From positions 62,001-126,000 of the IMG/VR virus record IMGVR_UViG_3300017528_000567: a DNA stretch of 64,000 nt; one strand, 5' to 3'. Shown in pieces: positions 20,685 to 30,197 of the stretch. Position 1 is the first letter of the stretch. The number at the start of each line of letters is the position of its first letter. A program made the position numbers and the translations under genes. The notes beneath the pieces were generated by a model. The model worked only from the letters and a program-made list of their open reading frames with translations. It was not told the origin of the DNA and did no database searches.

Positions 20685-22397
20685 CTAGACGACTGCCGTC
20701 GCACCTTCCGGCAAGGCCCCAGGAGTCCGGCGCTCCGTTGCACCTTCCGGTAACGGCACGTTTGGGTTTGGTTGAGGGTAATCACCACCGGAGAAAGGTG
20801 AGCCGGGAGCTCCAACCGGTTCCGACGGCGGAAGGTTCAAGCCGTATGAGAACGTGTATTGAGGGTCGTCCAAATGGTCGAGCAAGTACCAAGCACGAAC
20901 GGTGAACGAGAAAGTGTACTCAAGTGTGAACGGTGCCCCATCGGATTCTGACAGGTTGAGATTGTCGAAAGAGCCGATGTACAGGATCTCGTCATAGTAC
21001 AGATACACCGAGCCAACCACCGACAGATTCTTGGCTCCCGAAGTCGTAGCCACCAGCGGGTCATCGAACCAGACACCGCCGTTATTCTTGTAGATCAGGA
21101 ACAGCGACAACAGGTTCTGATAGCTAGTCGAGAACTGACGCGCGGTCCGACTCAGACCCATGGCGGCGTGATTGCTGGCGTCCATCGAATAGTACGCCGC
21201 GATCTTGCCCGAGCCCTCGATCTTGTCCTGGTTCTCGCCCCAATGCTCGATGATCGGGCCGTTGCGGCCCCAGTTCCCACTTGAAATGACTTTCTCCGCC
21301 GACACCCGGAAAGACTGTGGGTTCACTAAGAGGCGCAACGGCGGGGTCCTAGCCATCTGTTCCAACTGGTCACGCATCCGCTTGATCGAGCTCTCCTGAG
21401 CCGCCGCAAACGCCTTGCCTAGATTGGTCTGATTGAGGTCCCGGTCAGCCACCTGAGCGATCGTCTTAGTTGCCTTATCTTTGTTGGCGGCCCCTTCCGA
21501 CTTCCACTTGGTTGCTGGCAAAGCTGTGTCGGCGAGCGGGATCGGTAGACCGGCTTGGACTTCAGGGCGAGCGCCCGTCCTAGCCTGTGCCTTGGTAATT
21601 CCCGGGTGATATTCAAAGTGCCCGTAGTCCGCGATCTTCGAGAACGTCCCACCCCAGATCAAGCCGATGCTCTGACCAAGAGCCCCGACAACTCGCCAGT
21701 GTTCTATCCCTTTCGGCCACGTCGGGTCACCCGCCCGCGGATCCGGCCCTGGCGATATCATCGCAACATCAAAGGCAAGGCCGAAGTTGTGCCAAGATTC
21801 TCCACCCTTCGTCCCTGTTACGATGTTGCCGGGAGCCGTACGGCCCTGGGCATACAACCCATCCTGGTACTCAATGCTGCGAAAGCCTTGAACGACAACA
21901 AGATTGATGCCTTGTTGCGCCGCTAGTTCGATGAGCTTTTGAATCAGCGGCTGAATGCTTGGATGCAGCTCATTCGTAAGGGCCGCACTCTTCGCAAACA
22001 CCCCGCGAGCAGGTGTGAAAACAGAGGTGTCCGGGCCAGTCGACACGAAGGCCGGATCATTCACAGCGTTGCCCTGGACCTCCTCGACCTGAGCAGCTGC
22101 TATCACCTCCGCGCTGTCTGTCACCGGTCCATACGAGGCCGACTGCAGAGAAGCCGATCGGTCCAGGACTCTCGCAGTAACGAATGATGGTGGCGGGAGA
22201 ATGCCTACAGCGAAGATCTTTGTCTTTCGCGGGGATAGAGGGGTAACGCTGGTGAGCGGAATGAACTTGCCGTCCATAGGCTCAGTCTCTGTCTCGAGAG
22301 CCTGATAGAACGACAGCATTTGGTAGACGGACGGCTGGTATAGGTCCGCCTGTCGCTCAATTTGCCGGTATACTGGCTCGTCTTTGTTAAAAGCCAT
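20685..22397 (-). CDS. Tube-initiator-like baseplate protein carrying an M15 (L-Ala-D-Glu-type) peptidase domain
   Basis: FRSIEYQDGLYAQGR...ESWHNFGLAFD...WGG...DYGHFEY is the M15 Zn-peptidase signature. The C-terminal LLVNPQS...EHWGE domain is paralogous to 22387..23070. Start moved to ATG 22397 (GGAG RBS). Confidence 0.8.
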   Translation of the reverse strand: MAFNKDEPVYRQIERQADLYQPSVYQMLSFYQALETETEPMDGKFIPLTSVTPLSPRKTKIFAVGILPPPSFVTARVLDRSASLQSASYGPVTDSAEVIAAAQVEEVQGNAVNDPAFVSTGPDTSVFTPARGVFAKSAALTNELHPSIQPLIQKLIELAAQQGINLVVVQGFRSIEYQDGLYAQGRTAPGNIVTGTKGGESWHNFGLAFDVAMISPGPDPRAGDPTWPKGIEHWRVVGALGQSIGLIWGGTFSKIADYGHFEYHPGITKAQARTGARPEVQAGLPIPLADTALPATKWKSEGAANKDKATKTIAQVADRDLNQTNLGKAFAAAQESSIKRMRDQLEQMARTPPLRLLVNPQSFRVSAEKVISSGNWGRNGPIIEHWGENQDKIEGSGKIAAYYSMDASNHAAMGLSRTARQFSTSYQNLLSLFLIYKNNGGVWFDDPLVATTSGAKNLSVVGSVYLYYDEILYIGSFDNLNLSESDGAPFTLEYTFSFTVRAWYLLDHLDDPQYTFSYGLNLPPSEPVGAPGSPFSGGDYPQPNPNVPLPEGATERRTPGALPEGATAVV

Positions 22398-23070
22398 CAG
22401 TAGCTCCCGGGTCCCGGCCCACCGTTCTGTGAGGATCGGCTGGCACAGGCCCACGTCCAGCAACCCCGCGAGCCGCTGGATTGACGCCAAGCCCCGGCAC
22501 CTTCAACAGCTCCTCCTCGACTTTGAACTGCCACGAGATCTTGAACGTAAACGGTTGGTCATCCGTCTCGCTCGTCTCGAAACTGGTGAAGTGCCCAAGG
22601 TAGGTGCCACGGTCAAACATCAGCATGACCTGACCTTGGAGAACGATGTTCCCGTAGGGGTCGAATACACTGCCGTTGCACCTATACAGATCGTGCAAGT
22701 CCCGGTAGCGATCCCACGCGATCGTCTTGTGCCGCAACACCGAGGACAGCCCCGTGTAGAGGTTCATGAAGGCACCGGTGGATCCGTCACCCGAGATATC
22801 AGTGAGGTCATCACCCCAGTGCTGTTCAACGAAGCCGCCCCGCGTCTGCATACGTTCGACCTTCTTTAGGTGATTCTCGGAATAGGAATCCGGGTTCACA
22901 TGCATCACCAGAGCGTGCGGCAGTAGAGCTTTTCGGTTATTGAAAGGACTCGTGAGCTGAAACGCCATCGGGATAAACGAGCGGCGACTATCCAGCCCGT
23001 GTCGATACGCTGGCGCTCCTGGCGCCGCTAGCTTGGTGAAATCCGGGTTTGCTGATGGAATGTGCGGCAT
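22387..23070 (-). CDS. Tail tube initiator / baseplate tube-like protein (gp48 / gp54 / Afp5-like)
   Basis: MHVNPDS...VEQHWGDD...FKISWQFKVE; directly after the tape measure; GAGG RBS. Confidence 0.7.
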   Translation of the reverse strand: MPHIPSANPDFTKLAAPGAPAYRHGLDSRRSFIPMAFQLTSPFNNRKALLPHALVMHVNPDSYSENHLKKVERMQTRGGFVEQHWGDDLTDISGDGSTGAFMNLYTGLSSVLRHKTIAWDRYRDLHDLYRCNGSVFDPYGNIVLQGQVMLMFDRGTYLGHFTSFETSETDDQPFTFKISWQFKVEEELLKVPGLGVNPAARGVAGRGPVPADPHRTVGRDPGATDGF

Positions 23071-23077
23071 CTAGACC

Positions 23078-26000
23078 TCACCGCAGACGCTTGTTCCGGT
23101 CGTGAGCCGCGGCCCCCTCGACAACACGGGCTTCAATGAACCGCTTAAGATCGCCCTTGAGCTCGAGCTCCACTTTCACACCGCCACCACCGCCCCCACG
23201 AGATCCAGCAGGAACGATTGTCTCGCCGCGCCCAACAGACGCCCAGCCTTCTCCAGCCGCGGCTGACGGAAAGCCATTGATCTGGGCCATCCCGTTCCTA
23301 ATCCCCATCACGGTCCCGCCCATCGCGTGTGGCGCCGCCGCGTCCGAGACTAGACTATTGAGCGCGGTCTCAGGCGTCTTACCACCGGTCATCGATTGCG
23401 CGATTGCCGCAGGAGAAACACCGCTGCCAATCGCACCTGCGACAGTGGAGCGGTTCAAACCGGAGTACATGTAATATTCAAACAACGCCTTGGCTGTACC
23501 CTCGTAGACAGAGTCCGCCATCGAGTCCTTGAGAGGCCCCGCAACCGTGGCCGCGGATAGCTTGATGCCATCGCCTGTAACCGCACGTTGCAGTTCCTTC
23601 ACGCTATCGGTCGTAGCTTGCTGACTGGTTTCCGATGCTGCGGCCTCAGTTGCCGCTACCGGCGGCTTAGCCGTCTCTGTTCCCTTAGCCTCTGGCGTCC
23701 CCGGTGCTGGAGCCGCTGACTTCTTAACAGGGACCGCCTTGTCGAGCGCCGCCTGCATCTTGATCAGGTGCTCGGTAAGACGGTCGACACCGCTATTCTG
23801 AGCTTCATACTTCATCGTCTTCTCATCGAATTTGTCGAAGGAAAGGACCGGCTCTAGTTCCTTGAGGCGCTTTCGAATTTCGTCCAGCTTCTTAGGGTCT
23901 CTCTCATTACTCAGCTGCTCCTTGAGGCCCTTAGACTCAGCAACCGCCGCATTGACCCTATCAATCAAACCCTTGCCCACTTTTTCAACCATCTTGGCGC
24001 CCATCTCAGCAGGCGTCCCGCCACCCATCAGGGCATCTTCCAACCCCGGGATATTGGCGGTCGAGGCCGCTACCTTAGCGTAAGCAAGATGCGACTTTTC
24101 GCCCATGGAGAACTTGGCAAACCAGTTCATGATCGCGCCCCAGATATCGTGCAAGATGTTCCAGATCTTCATCAACCATACATCGGTGACCTGCTGGATC
24201 TCGTCCATGATGCTAGTCTGTATTCTCTTAGTCGCCTGCTCGTGCGTCTCCACCTTATTGGCGTTCAGCATCTGCTCTTGCGTAGTCTGATCAAGACTCC
24301 TCATGTAGGCGTCGAAGCCGCCCTGTCCACGGAGCATCGCCGTAAGCTGCTTGACTACCTCTTCATGGTTCCCTTTGATGTTCATGCGCTCAACTTGCGC
24401 TTTTTGTTCTTCATTCAGGTTCCCTTGCTCAGCCGCTTTGATCAGTGCCTCCTGACCGATCATGGCGCCCTGTATCAGCTTTTTATAGCCCTGGATCTCC
24501 TTGTCGGAAGCGACACCCATGGACTCGATGTTGGCAAGCGCTAACCCTTGGAGATTTTCGAGACCCGTGTGGTTCTGCTTCTGCGAAATTGCCTGAAGCG
24601 TCGCGATCTTGGCTAGCGGGCCGAGTGCTCCCATCACCGATGCCTGGTCAAGCGCATCTTTGGACCCCAGCCTGGCCTGAAGATTCATCTGGTCTTCGAT
24701 CGCGCTGTTGAGCTTACCATTCAGCTTTTTATCGTTCTTGAGCTGCCACTGCGCGAGCTCCCGCGGGTCATTCTTCTTCATGATCTCAACAAGCGACGCG
24801 ATCTCGTTTTCAGTTGCCTCGCCGGGTCCGAGGGTTTCCCGGATGTTGTTTTTGATCGCCTCGAGCTTATCCCCCATATCCTTGTTCGCGATCTCGGTGC
24901 CCTCCGGGCCAGCCAACATCTGGAACTTTAGATTGTCGGTTATGCTGCCTTCGAACTTCTGGTTCAGCGTCTGCAAGAATTGGTTCATCTTGCGCGGATC
25001 CATCGTCTTACCCAGCACACCCATGATCTTTGTGACCTCAGCCAAGCGCAGCGTGAACAGTGACAAGTCAGACGAGAATGAGCGGACAATCCCGAAGAAC
25101 TTATTGGACTCCATCCCCGCCGCGTTCGCCCCGGCCCGAATACTCTCGAACCCAGCAGTAACCTCGTTGGCACTCATGCCGATATCGCCCATGAGCTGTC
25201 CCTGTAGCTGTCCGAGCTCGCCCAGTGAGACGCCAAACTGCCGCGAGTAGGCCACGGCCATCTTTATTGACTTCGCGTGCGCATCAGCATTCTCCTCGGC
25301 GGTGCCCATCTTTTTTCCTAGTGCATCGAGAGCCACCCCCTCCTTCGTGACGGCAGTCTGGAATCCGATAGCCGCATCCTTACTGATGTTCATGCTACTC
25401 ATGGCTTCCATGACCCCCTCTTGAGCACCGCGAAGGCTCTCCTCCATGTCTTTAGCGGCGTCCTCGGATCTCCCCATATTGCGAGCGAAATAGCCCGCGG
25501 TTCCGCTGCTAGCCAAGATCGCTTTGTTGTACTCTTTGACAGCCGCTTCAGCGTCGAGAATTATCTTGACGAAGCTCATCATGAACGAGCCGGCAACAGA
25601 CAAAATGGGACCGAGTGAGGTGAAGATGCTGGTTATCCCCCCGAGTACCTTCATGAGCTCGCCACCCCCCTTGGCGGCGCCCCCCATGATTTTGCTCCCC
25701 AGCCCCTTCTTCCCCATCATGTGGGAGCCCTTTTCACTGAGCGTCTTGCCTAGGCTCCCTGTCTTTAGGGCGGCTGTATGAAGGCCTATGAACGCCTTCG
25801 CCGCGCCCTTCATCATCCTTGGCGCGTCCTTACTTAGAAGGTCGTGCAACGGCTCGGCGTAATGTTCCCCCGCCTCCTCAGCGCCAGCGTTGATTGCTTT
25901 CCAATCGAACCCTGGGGTTTCCTCAAGCTCTTTGAGCTTCCCTCCTGTCTCGTGACGCTGCTTCTGCAGGTCCGAAACCTGTGTGGCGTCCTTCATCTTT

Positions 26001-26344
26001 TTTACGTTTGCCATCGCGTCCTTGCGCTCTTGGCTGCCACGCGGGGCCTTCTTTGCCTTTTCTACCTCCTCTCGATACTGATCCTTTCTTTGGTTCAGTG
26101 CCTTGTCCAAGGCCGACATCTGATCCTTGAGTTCTTTGATCCCTTTGTTTTTTGTCTTGAACCCGGTCACCGTCTTCATAAGACGACCGAAGCCCTTGTC
26201 GGACTTCTGAACCGTGGTCTGGATCTTCTTCATATTGCCCGTGATGCTGGCCTGAAGCTGCTTTATCCCGAGCATTGCCGGGCGCACGTCAGTTGTCAGG
26301 GTAAGAGTGAGCAACTCCTGGGTGCTGTTCATCTGACTGGCCAC
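23078..26344 (-). CDS. Tape measure protein (1088 aa)
   Basis: Long helical Ala/Gly/Lys/Glu-rich ORF after the chaperones; C-terminal HAMGGTV...VGRGETIVP motif seen at tape-measure C-termini. Confidence 0.85.
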   Translation of the reverse strand: MASQMNSTQELLTLTLTTDVRPAMLGIKQLQASITGNMKKIQTTVQKSDKGFGRLMKTVTGFKTKNKGIKELKDQMSALDKALNQRKDQYREEVEKAKKAPRGSQERKDAMANVKKMKDATQVSDLQKQRHETGGKLKELEETPGFDWKAINAGAEEAGEHYAEPLHDLLSKDAPRMMKGAAKAFIGLHTAALKTGSLGKTLSEKGSHMMGKKGLGSKIMGGAAKGGGELMKVLGGITSIFTSLGPILSVAGSFMMSFVKIILDAEAAVKEYNKAILASSGTAGYFARNMGRSEDAAKDMEESLRGAQEGVMEAMSSMNISKDAAIGFQTAVTKEGVALDALGKKMGTAEENADAHAKSIKMAVAYSRQFGVSLGELGQLQGQLMGDIGMSANEVTAGFESIRAGANAAGMESNKFFGIVRSFSSDLSLFTLRLAEVTKIMGVLGKTMDPRKMNQFLQTLNQKFEGSITDNLKFQMLAGPEGTEIANKDMGDKLEAIKNNIRETLGPGEATENEIASLVEIMKKNDPRELAQWQLKNDKKLNGKLNSAIEDQMNLQARLGSKDALDQASVMGALGPLAKIATLQAISQKQNHTGLENLQGLALANIESMGVASDKEIQGYKKLIQGAMIGQEALIKAAEQGNLNEEQKAQVERMNIKGNHEEVVKQLTAMLRGQGGFDAYMRSLDQTTQEQMLNANKVETHEQATKRIQTSIMDEIQQVTDVWLMKIWNILHDIWGAIMNWFAKFSMGEKSHLAYAKVAASTANIPGLEDALMGGGTPAEMGAKMVEKVGKGLIDRVNAAVAESKGLKEQLSNERDPKKLDEIRKRLKELEPVLSFDKFDEKTMKYEAQNSGVDRLTEHLIKMQAALDKAVPVKKSAAPAPGTPEAKGTETAKPPVAATEAAASETSQQATTDSVKELQRAVTGDGIKLSAATVAGPLKDSMADSVYEGTAKALFEYYMYSGLNRSTVAGAIGSGVSPAAIAQSMTGGKTPETALNSLVSDAAAPHAMGGTVMGIRNGMAQINGFPSAAAGEGWASVGRGETIVPAGSRGGGGGGVKVELELKGDLKRFIEARVVEGAAAHDRNKRLR

Positions 26345-26347
26345 GGC

Positions 26348-27619
26348 TTATTTCCTACGGAATGGGGTAGTCGGTGGGCGCGGCTGACTAATCGGCACGG
26401 CTCCGGATGTGTCTCTATCCGTAGTCGCTATTTCAGAGGAAACTTCGTTCCCCCACCAGCGGTCCACGAAGTTGACCGTCTTCTCATCGGCCCTCGGGTC
26501 GACCTGCATGCGCGCGACCTCTTGCGCCATCAGCTGCTTACGGCGCCGCACCCTCTCCTCAACCTCCGCCTGAGTGAGCGCCCCACCATCAAGTGAACCC
26601 ACGCCCAAAACGCCGCGCTCTGGATAAAGCGCCATGTTATCAAGTGCAGCTTGCTCGAGTTGCTGGCGTCGCTGGAGGTGCCCGGATCGAATCCTAGCCT
26701 CGTGGTCCTCAACCACACGATCGTGCCAGTCCTTCTCACCTCGGATATCGTGTTCTAGCTGAGTGGTCAGCTCTTCGACGGTCCGGGCGACTGCCATCAC
26801 GACCCCAGGCCCCTTCACGATGCCATCCTCAACATCCTCGCCGAGCACCCACTGCCGAAGGACCTTGTCCTTACGGGTCATCCGATCCTCGCGCTCTTGG
26901 CGACGTCTGGCCGAGTCCTGATTGTAGACCTTCTGAATGCCTTTCCCGGCGAAGCAGGAACCGACAAACTTGGAGTACTCCCATTCGCGCTCGTACGTCT
27001 CATTGCGATCTTCAATATGGTTGATCGCTTGCCATACTTGCTGCGCAATATTTAGACCGAGCCGTTGAGTGCCGTCGATCCCGGTTACTGCAACCGACGT
27101 CAAGTCCAATCCCTTGAGCTGCATCCAACGGTACCGAGACATCACCTCCATCGCATATGCTTCAGTCAGATGGATAGCGACAGAAGCTCGTCGGTTGATC
27201 TCACTGAGATAGCGAACCATCCGTGCGATCGCATCGGTCGGAAGGCCGTTGAACAGCTCTGTGAGCTTAGTTATCCAGCGCTCGCGTTCCGGTAGGATGT
27301 TGACCCCACTTACGATGAAAACCCCGTAAGCTAAGAACGTCCCCCAAAACTCCGAGGGCACAACATCGTCGGAGCCCCCATAAAACCTCAACAGAGCGAA
27401 CTCGTGATGGTTCATGCTCTTGAATACAAACGAAACCCCGTTGATCTGCGCCGGCAGCGTGAGAAACCCGCGGAACAGTATCGGCTCCACATCTTTGTAG
27501 ATCTCCGGGTTGACCTCTGGCTCAGCAGGGGCGGTGATGGTGATGTCATCATCGGCCCCATCGAACTCGGCCTTCAGCCTCGACTGCTCCTTGCTGTAGC
27601 GTTCGGCCGCGTCCGCCAT
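26348..27619 (-). CDS. Tail assembly chaperone-like protein 2
   Basis: Directly upstream of the tape measure; INGVSFVFKSMNHHEF resembles IGGCDLVLRSLRSEDY of the neighbouring gene. Confidence 0.6.
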   Translation of the reverse strand: MADAAERYSKEQSRLKAEFDGADDDITITAPAEPEVNPEIYKDVEPILFRGFLTLPAQINGVSFVFKSMNHHEFALLRFYGGSDDVVPSEFWGTFLAYGVFIVSGVNILPERERWITKLTELFNGLPTDAIARMVRYLSEINRRASVAIHLTEAYAMEVMSRYRWMQLKGLDLTSVAVTGIDGTQRLGLNIAQQVWQAINHIEDRNETYEREWEYSKFVGSCFAGKGIQKVYNQDSARRRQEREDRMTRKDKVLRQWVLGEDVEDGIVKGPGVVMAVARTVEELTTQLEHDIRGEKDWHDRVVEDHEARIRSGHLQRRQQLEQAALDNMALYPERGVLGVGSLDGGALTQAEVEERVRRRKQLMAQEVARMQVDPRADEKTVNFVDRWWGNEVSSEIATTDRDTSGAVPISQPRPPTTPFRRK

Positions 27620-27622
27620 CGA

Positions 27623-28708
27623 TTACCCTCTCTGCGTGGGTCGAAACCGCGGATTGAGCCCAGCCATGGGCGGATTGTCGAGAATCGTGCTTGCTGCTTG
27701 AACGTCGATCGGGAGGCGCTTGATCTCTATGACTTCATGCGGGTCCCCGCCCTGCAAAGAGACGGCTGTGCTGACGTCAGGTAGGGCTGCGTCGGGCGGC
27801 ACCTCTAGCGCAGCGATGCTCGCCGACCGTGACGGGGGCCGCTTCATGTCGGCCTCCTGCTCTGACTTCACAACAGGAACCTCCAAGACCTTGCGAGATT
27901 CGATGGCCTTCTGGAGCGTGGCATGCGGGTCCACTGGTCGAGCTGGACGGGCCACGGCGGGGAGCACTGGAGGCGGCACCTCAAGCGCCGCAGCGGGCAC
28001 CGTGTCGAGCGCCACGGCTGGCACTGCAACGGGAGCTGCAACTTCAACCTTCGCCTCCGCCGCTTTGGCCTCCTGCGCTTTGGCTTCTTGCTCGCGTGCC
28101 AGTTGGTCTGTGCGGGCCGCAGCTCGTTTGAGCTCTTCGGCCGTCGACTTCCGCGTCAGCCCTTGCTCATCTAGGATCTTATCCACAAGGGTCGCTGGCA
28201 GGTCTTTTTCCGTGGCGCGAAACTCTAGGACCAGGCGGCGGTACTTCTCCTCATCTGTCTCATCTTTCGTAACAAAACTGATACCTTCCTTAGCCTGTCG
28301 CTCCGCAGCCTCAAGAACGTCGCCGAGTTTTCGAAACGCGACGTCCACCACCTCCTTGCCCCAACTCTCAAGCATGTGATCGCTGAGGTACCGATGCAGC
28401 TCAAGTGTGACGGGCCGCATCGCGCCAGTGGCTGGGTCGGGCTCCTCAACAGTCACGAATCGTGAGCCACGAAGATCGACGCCATTGAGCTCGACAATCG
28501 CCCGCGCGATATGCCCCTTCTGGTAGCGATGGATATACTCTACCTCGGGGAGACCATCGCAGTCTTGGAGCACCGCGGTATAGTCCTCAGAGCGTAGGCT
28601 GCGCAGAACTAAGTCGCAGCCGCCGATCGTGCACGCCTCCTCAACGAGGCCAACATTCTTGGCCTTCGCGAGTGCCGCGTTGAGTTTCTTGGTATCTATT
28701 GTGCCCAC
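27623..28708 (-). CDS. Tail assembly chaperone-like protein 1
   Basis: Between tube and tape measure; conserved-looking N-terminal half and low-complexity Ala/Pro/Val C-terminal half; GTG start with GAGG RBS. Confidence 0.6.
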   Translation of the reverse strand: MGTIDTKKLNAALAKAKNVGLVEEACTIGGCDLVLRSLRSEDYTAVLQDCDGLPEVEYIHRYQKGHIARAIVELNGVDLRGSRFVTVEEPDPATGAMRPVTLELHRYLSDHMLESWGKEVVDVAFRKLGDVLEAAERQAKEGISFVTKDETDEEKYRRLVLEFRATEKDLPATLVDKILDEQGLTRKSTAEELKRAAARTDQLAREQEAKAQEAKAAEAKVEVAAPVAVPAVALDTVPAAALEVPPPVLPAVARPARPVDPHATLQKAIESRKVLEVPVVKSEQEADMKRPPSRSASIAALEVPPDAALPDVSTAVSLQGGDPHEVIEIKRLPIDVQAASTILDNPPMAGLNPRFRPTQRG

Positions 28709-28709
28709 A

Positions 28710-28733
28710 TCATCCTCATCTAGTTGAGGATGA
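28710..28733 (-). promoter_or_regulatory. 9-bp hairpin occluding the RBS of the chaperone gene
   Basis: TCATCCTCA-TCTAGT-TGAGGATGA is a perfect inverted repeat. On the mRNA the 3' arm contains GAGGA, just upstream of GTG 28708. Confidence 0.55.
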
Positions 28734-28865
28734 CAGCGAGAGAGAGCTCGGGACGTGGTCTACATCTGGGTCTAGTGACTAAGCCGCCGCCGGATACACA
28801 TCTTGGTCGGATTTGTTTCGATCCACATCTAGTCTAACCGCTGTCACCCTAGTTCATGCCACCCC

Positions 28866-29579
28866 TTAGAGCGGGACGACCGTATTGGAGTTGCTTGCAA
28901 AGCGAAGGCTGAAGCCCTTACCTGGGCCGCCGTTGGCGGAGGTCGGAGCAAGCCCCGTATCGATATACTCACCGTACTGCGAGACACCGTCGATAATGTC
29001 CGTGACCGTCACCGAGCTAGTTTCAGACACAATAGCCGTGTCACTCGTGAAGGAAGCCGAGTACTGATTGAACCAGCACCCCTCGAAGAACGTCAAAAGC
29101 GCACGCGGAGTCACGATAGGATTATCCGCGGTAGTTGGTCCTGTCGTGACCGTCGCCTCGACCGAGATCCCGTTAGGGTCTTGGAGGACCGAGAGCTCCG
29201 AGATCACGAGCTCCTGCTTGATATCGAAGGGCCAGCGGTGATGCCGTAGTGAGCGCACCAGGCCGTCGATACCGCCCTTGTACCCAAGAATCTGAAACAG
29301 ATTGGTCGTATACAGCAGGGTCTTGTTCAGCGAGACGGTCATGGGCTCCGTGACGCTTGGCACGAGCTCGGCGATCTGGTCACCAAAACCAACACCACGG
29401 ATCGGGTCGATCGTCCGTGACTCGTCAAAGGTAAACTCTGAGATCACGCCTAGCTGCTGGAACCCTTGGGCGCCCGTCGCATAGCCGTAAATCTTGTTCT
29501 TCTGGCTGACAGCCGCCCGAGTGTTCGGCGCTGTCCCCATCCGATAGAGATAGTTTGCGGTAGATACATTAGATGCCAT
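28866..29579 (-). CDS. Tail tube protein
   Basis: 237 aa, beta-rich (QLGVISEFTFDESRTIDPIRGVGFGDQIAELVPSVTEPMTVSLNKTLLY...FFEGCWFNQYSASF); upstream of chaperones and tape measure. Confidence 0.8.
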   Translation of the reverse strand: MASNVSTANYLYRMGTAPNTRAAVSQKNKIYGYATGAQGFQQLGVISEFTFDESRTIDPIRGVGFGDQIAELVPSVTEPMTVSLNKTLLYTTNLFQILGYKGGIDGLVRSLRHHRWPFDIKQELVISELSVLQDPNGISVEATVTTGPTTADNPIVTPRALLTFFEGCWFNQYSASFTSDTAIVSETSSVTVTDIIDGVSQYGEYIDTGLAPTSANGGPGKGFSLRFASNSNTVVPL

Positions 29580-29582
29580 GGT

Positions 29583-30143
29583 TTACCTCTGTGGAAAGAG
29601 CCCCTGAATCGCACTGGCTTGAGCGGAGAGCTCGGCCAGATCTTCGCCAACCCAGCCCTGGGCCAGGTCGACGTTCTCGGTAATCTCAGCCACACGGGAG
29701 GCAATCTTGAAAAGGTCTGCCTTGGCACGGACTGAATCGAAACGTTTGCCCTGAGCGACTAGTCGATCGATGATTGAATCGGTCTTGGCCACCTTGTGCA
29801 CGATGCCCTCTGCGAGCTCGACGTGCGCAATCAAGTTATCGTAAGAAGCGGTCTTCATTTCAGCCTCCGGGGAACTATGATCCCACTCAAACATAAATGG
29901 GTTAGTAGATGAGTACCGCGCACGCCTGAAAGGAAGCAGATCCCACATCCGGTCTAGGTCCACTGAGAGCATCGTCTTGCCGTTGGCAAGGAACTCATCA
30001 AGGGCTACCCGTGCAGAGCGACCAGAGTTAGCTACCCCGGCGATGAGGCGTAGGACCGAGACAGGTCCCAGCATGAACTTCTGCCCATCCGGAACCTGTA
30101 CGTAGTCCACGAGACCGTCGGTCCCGACGGTCACCATCGCCAT
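29583..30143 (-). CDS. Hypothetical protein
   Basis: Co-oriented ORF; start probably MAMVTVG at 30143; contains KTASYDNL. Confidence 0.7.
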   Translation of the reverse strand: MAMVTVGTDGLVDYVQVPDGQKFMLGPVSVLRLIAGVANSGRSARVALDEFLANGKTMLSVDLDRMWDLLPFRRARYSSTNPFMFEWDHSSPEAEMKTASYDNLIAHVELAEGIVHKVAKTDSIIDRLVAQGKRFDSVRAKADLFKIASRVAEITENVDLAQGWVGEDLAELSAQASAIQGLFPQR

Positions 30144-30197
30144 GCGTCTGTCTTGGAGCGGCATCCACAATAGAGACCGCACTAAAAGAAACTTGGG

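Noticed and set aside
26348-28708. Programmed -1 frameshift between the tail chaperones
   Set aside because: No XXXYYYZ slippery heptamer was seen near the first stop, and the two genes are already in frame with separate starts.
28709-28865. CRISPR mini-array or tRNA in this and other gaps
   Set aside because: The repeats are only about 11 nt, degenerate and irregularly spaced; no cloverleaf features were seen in any gap.
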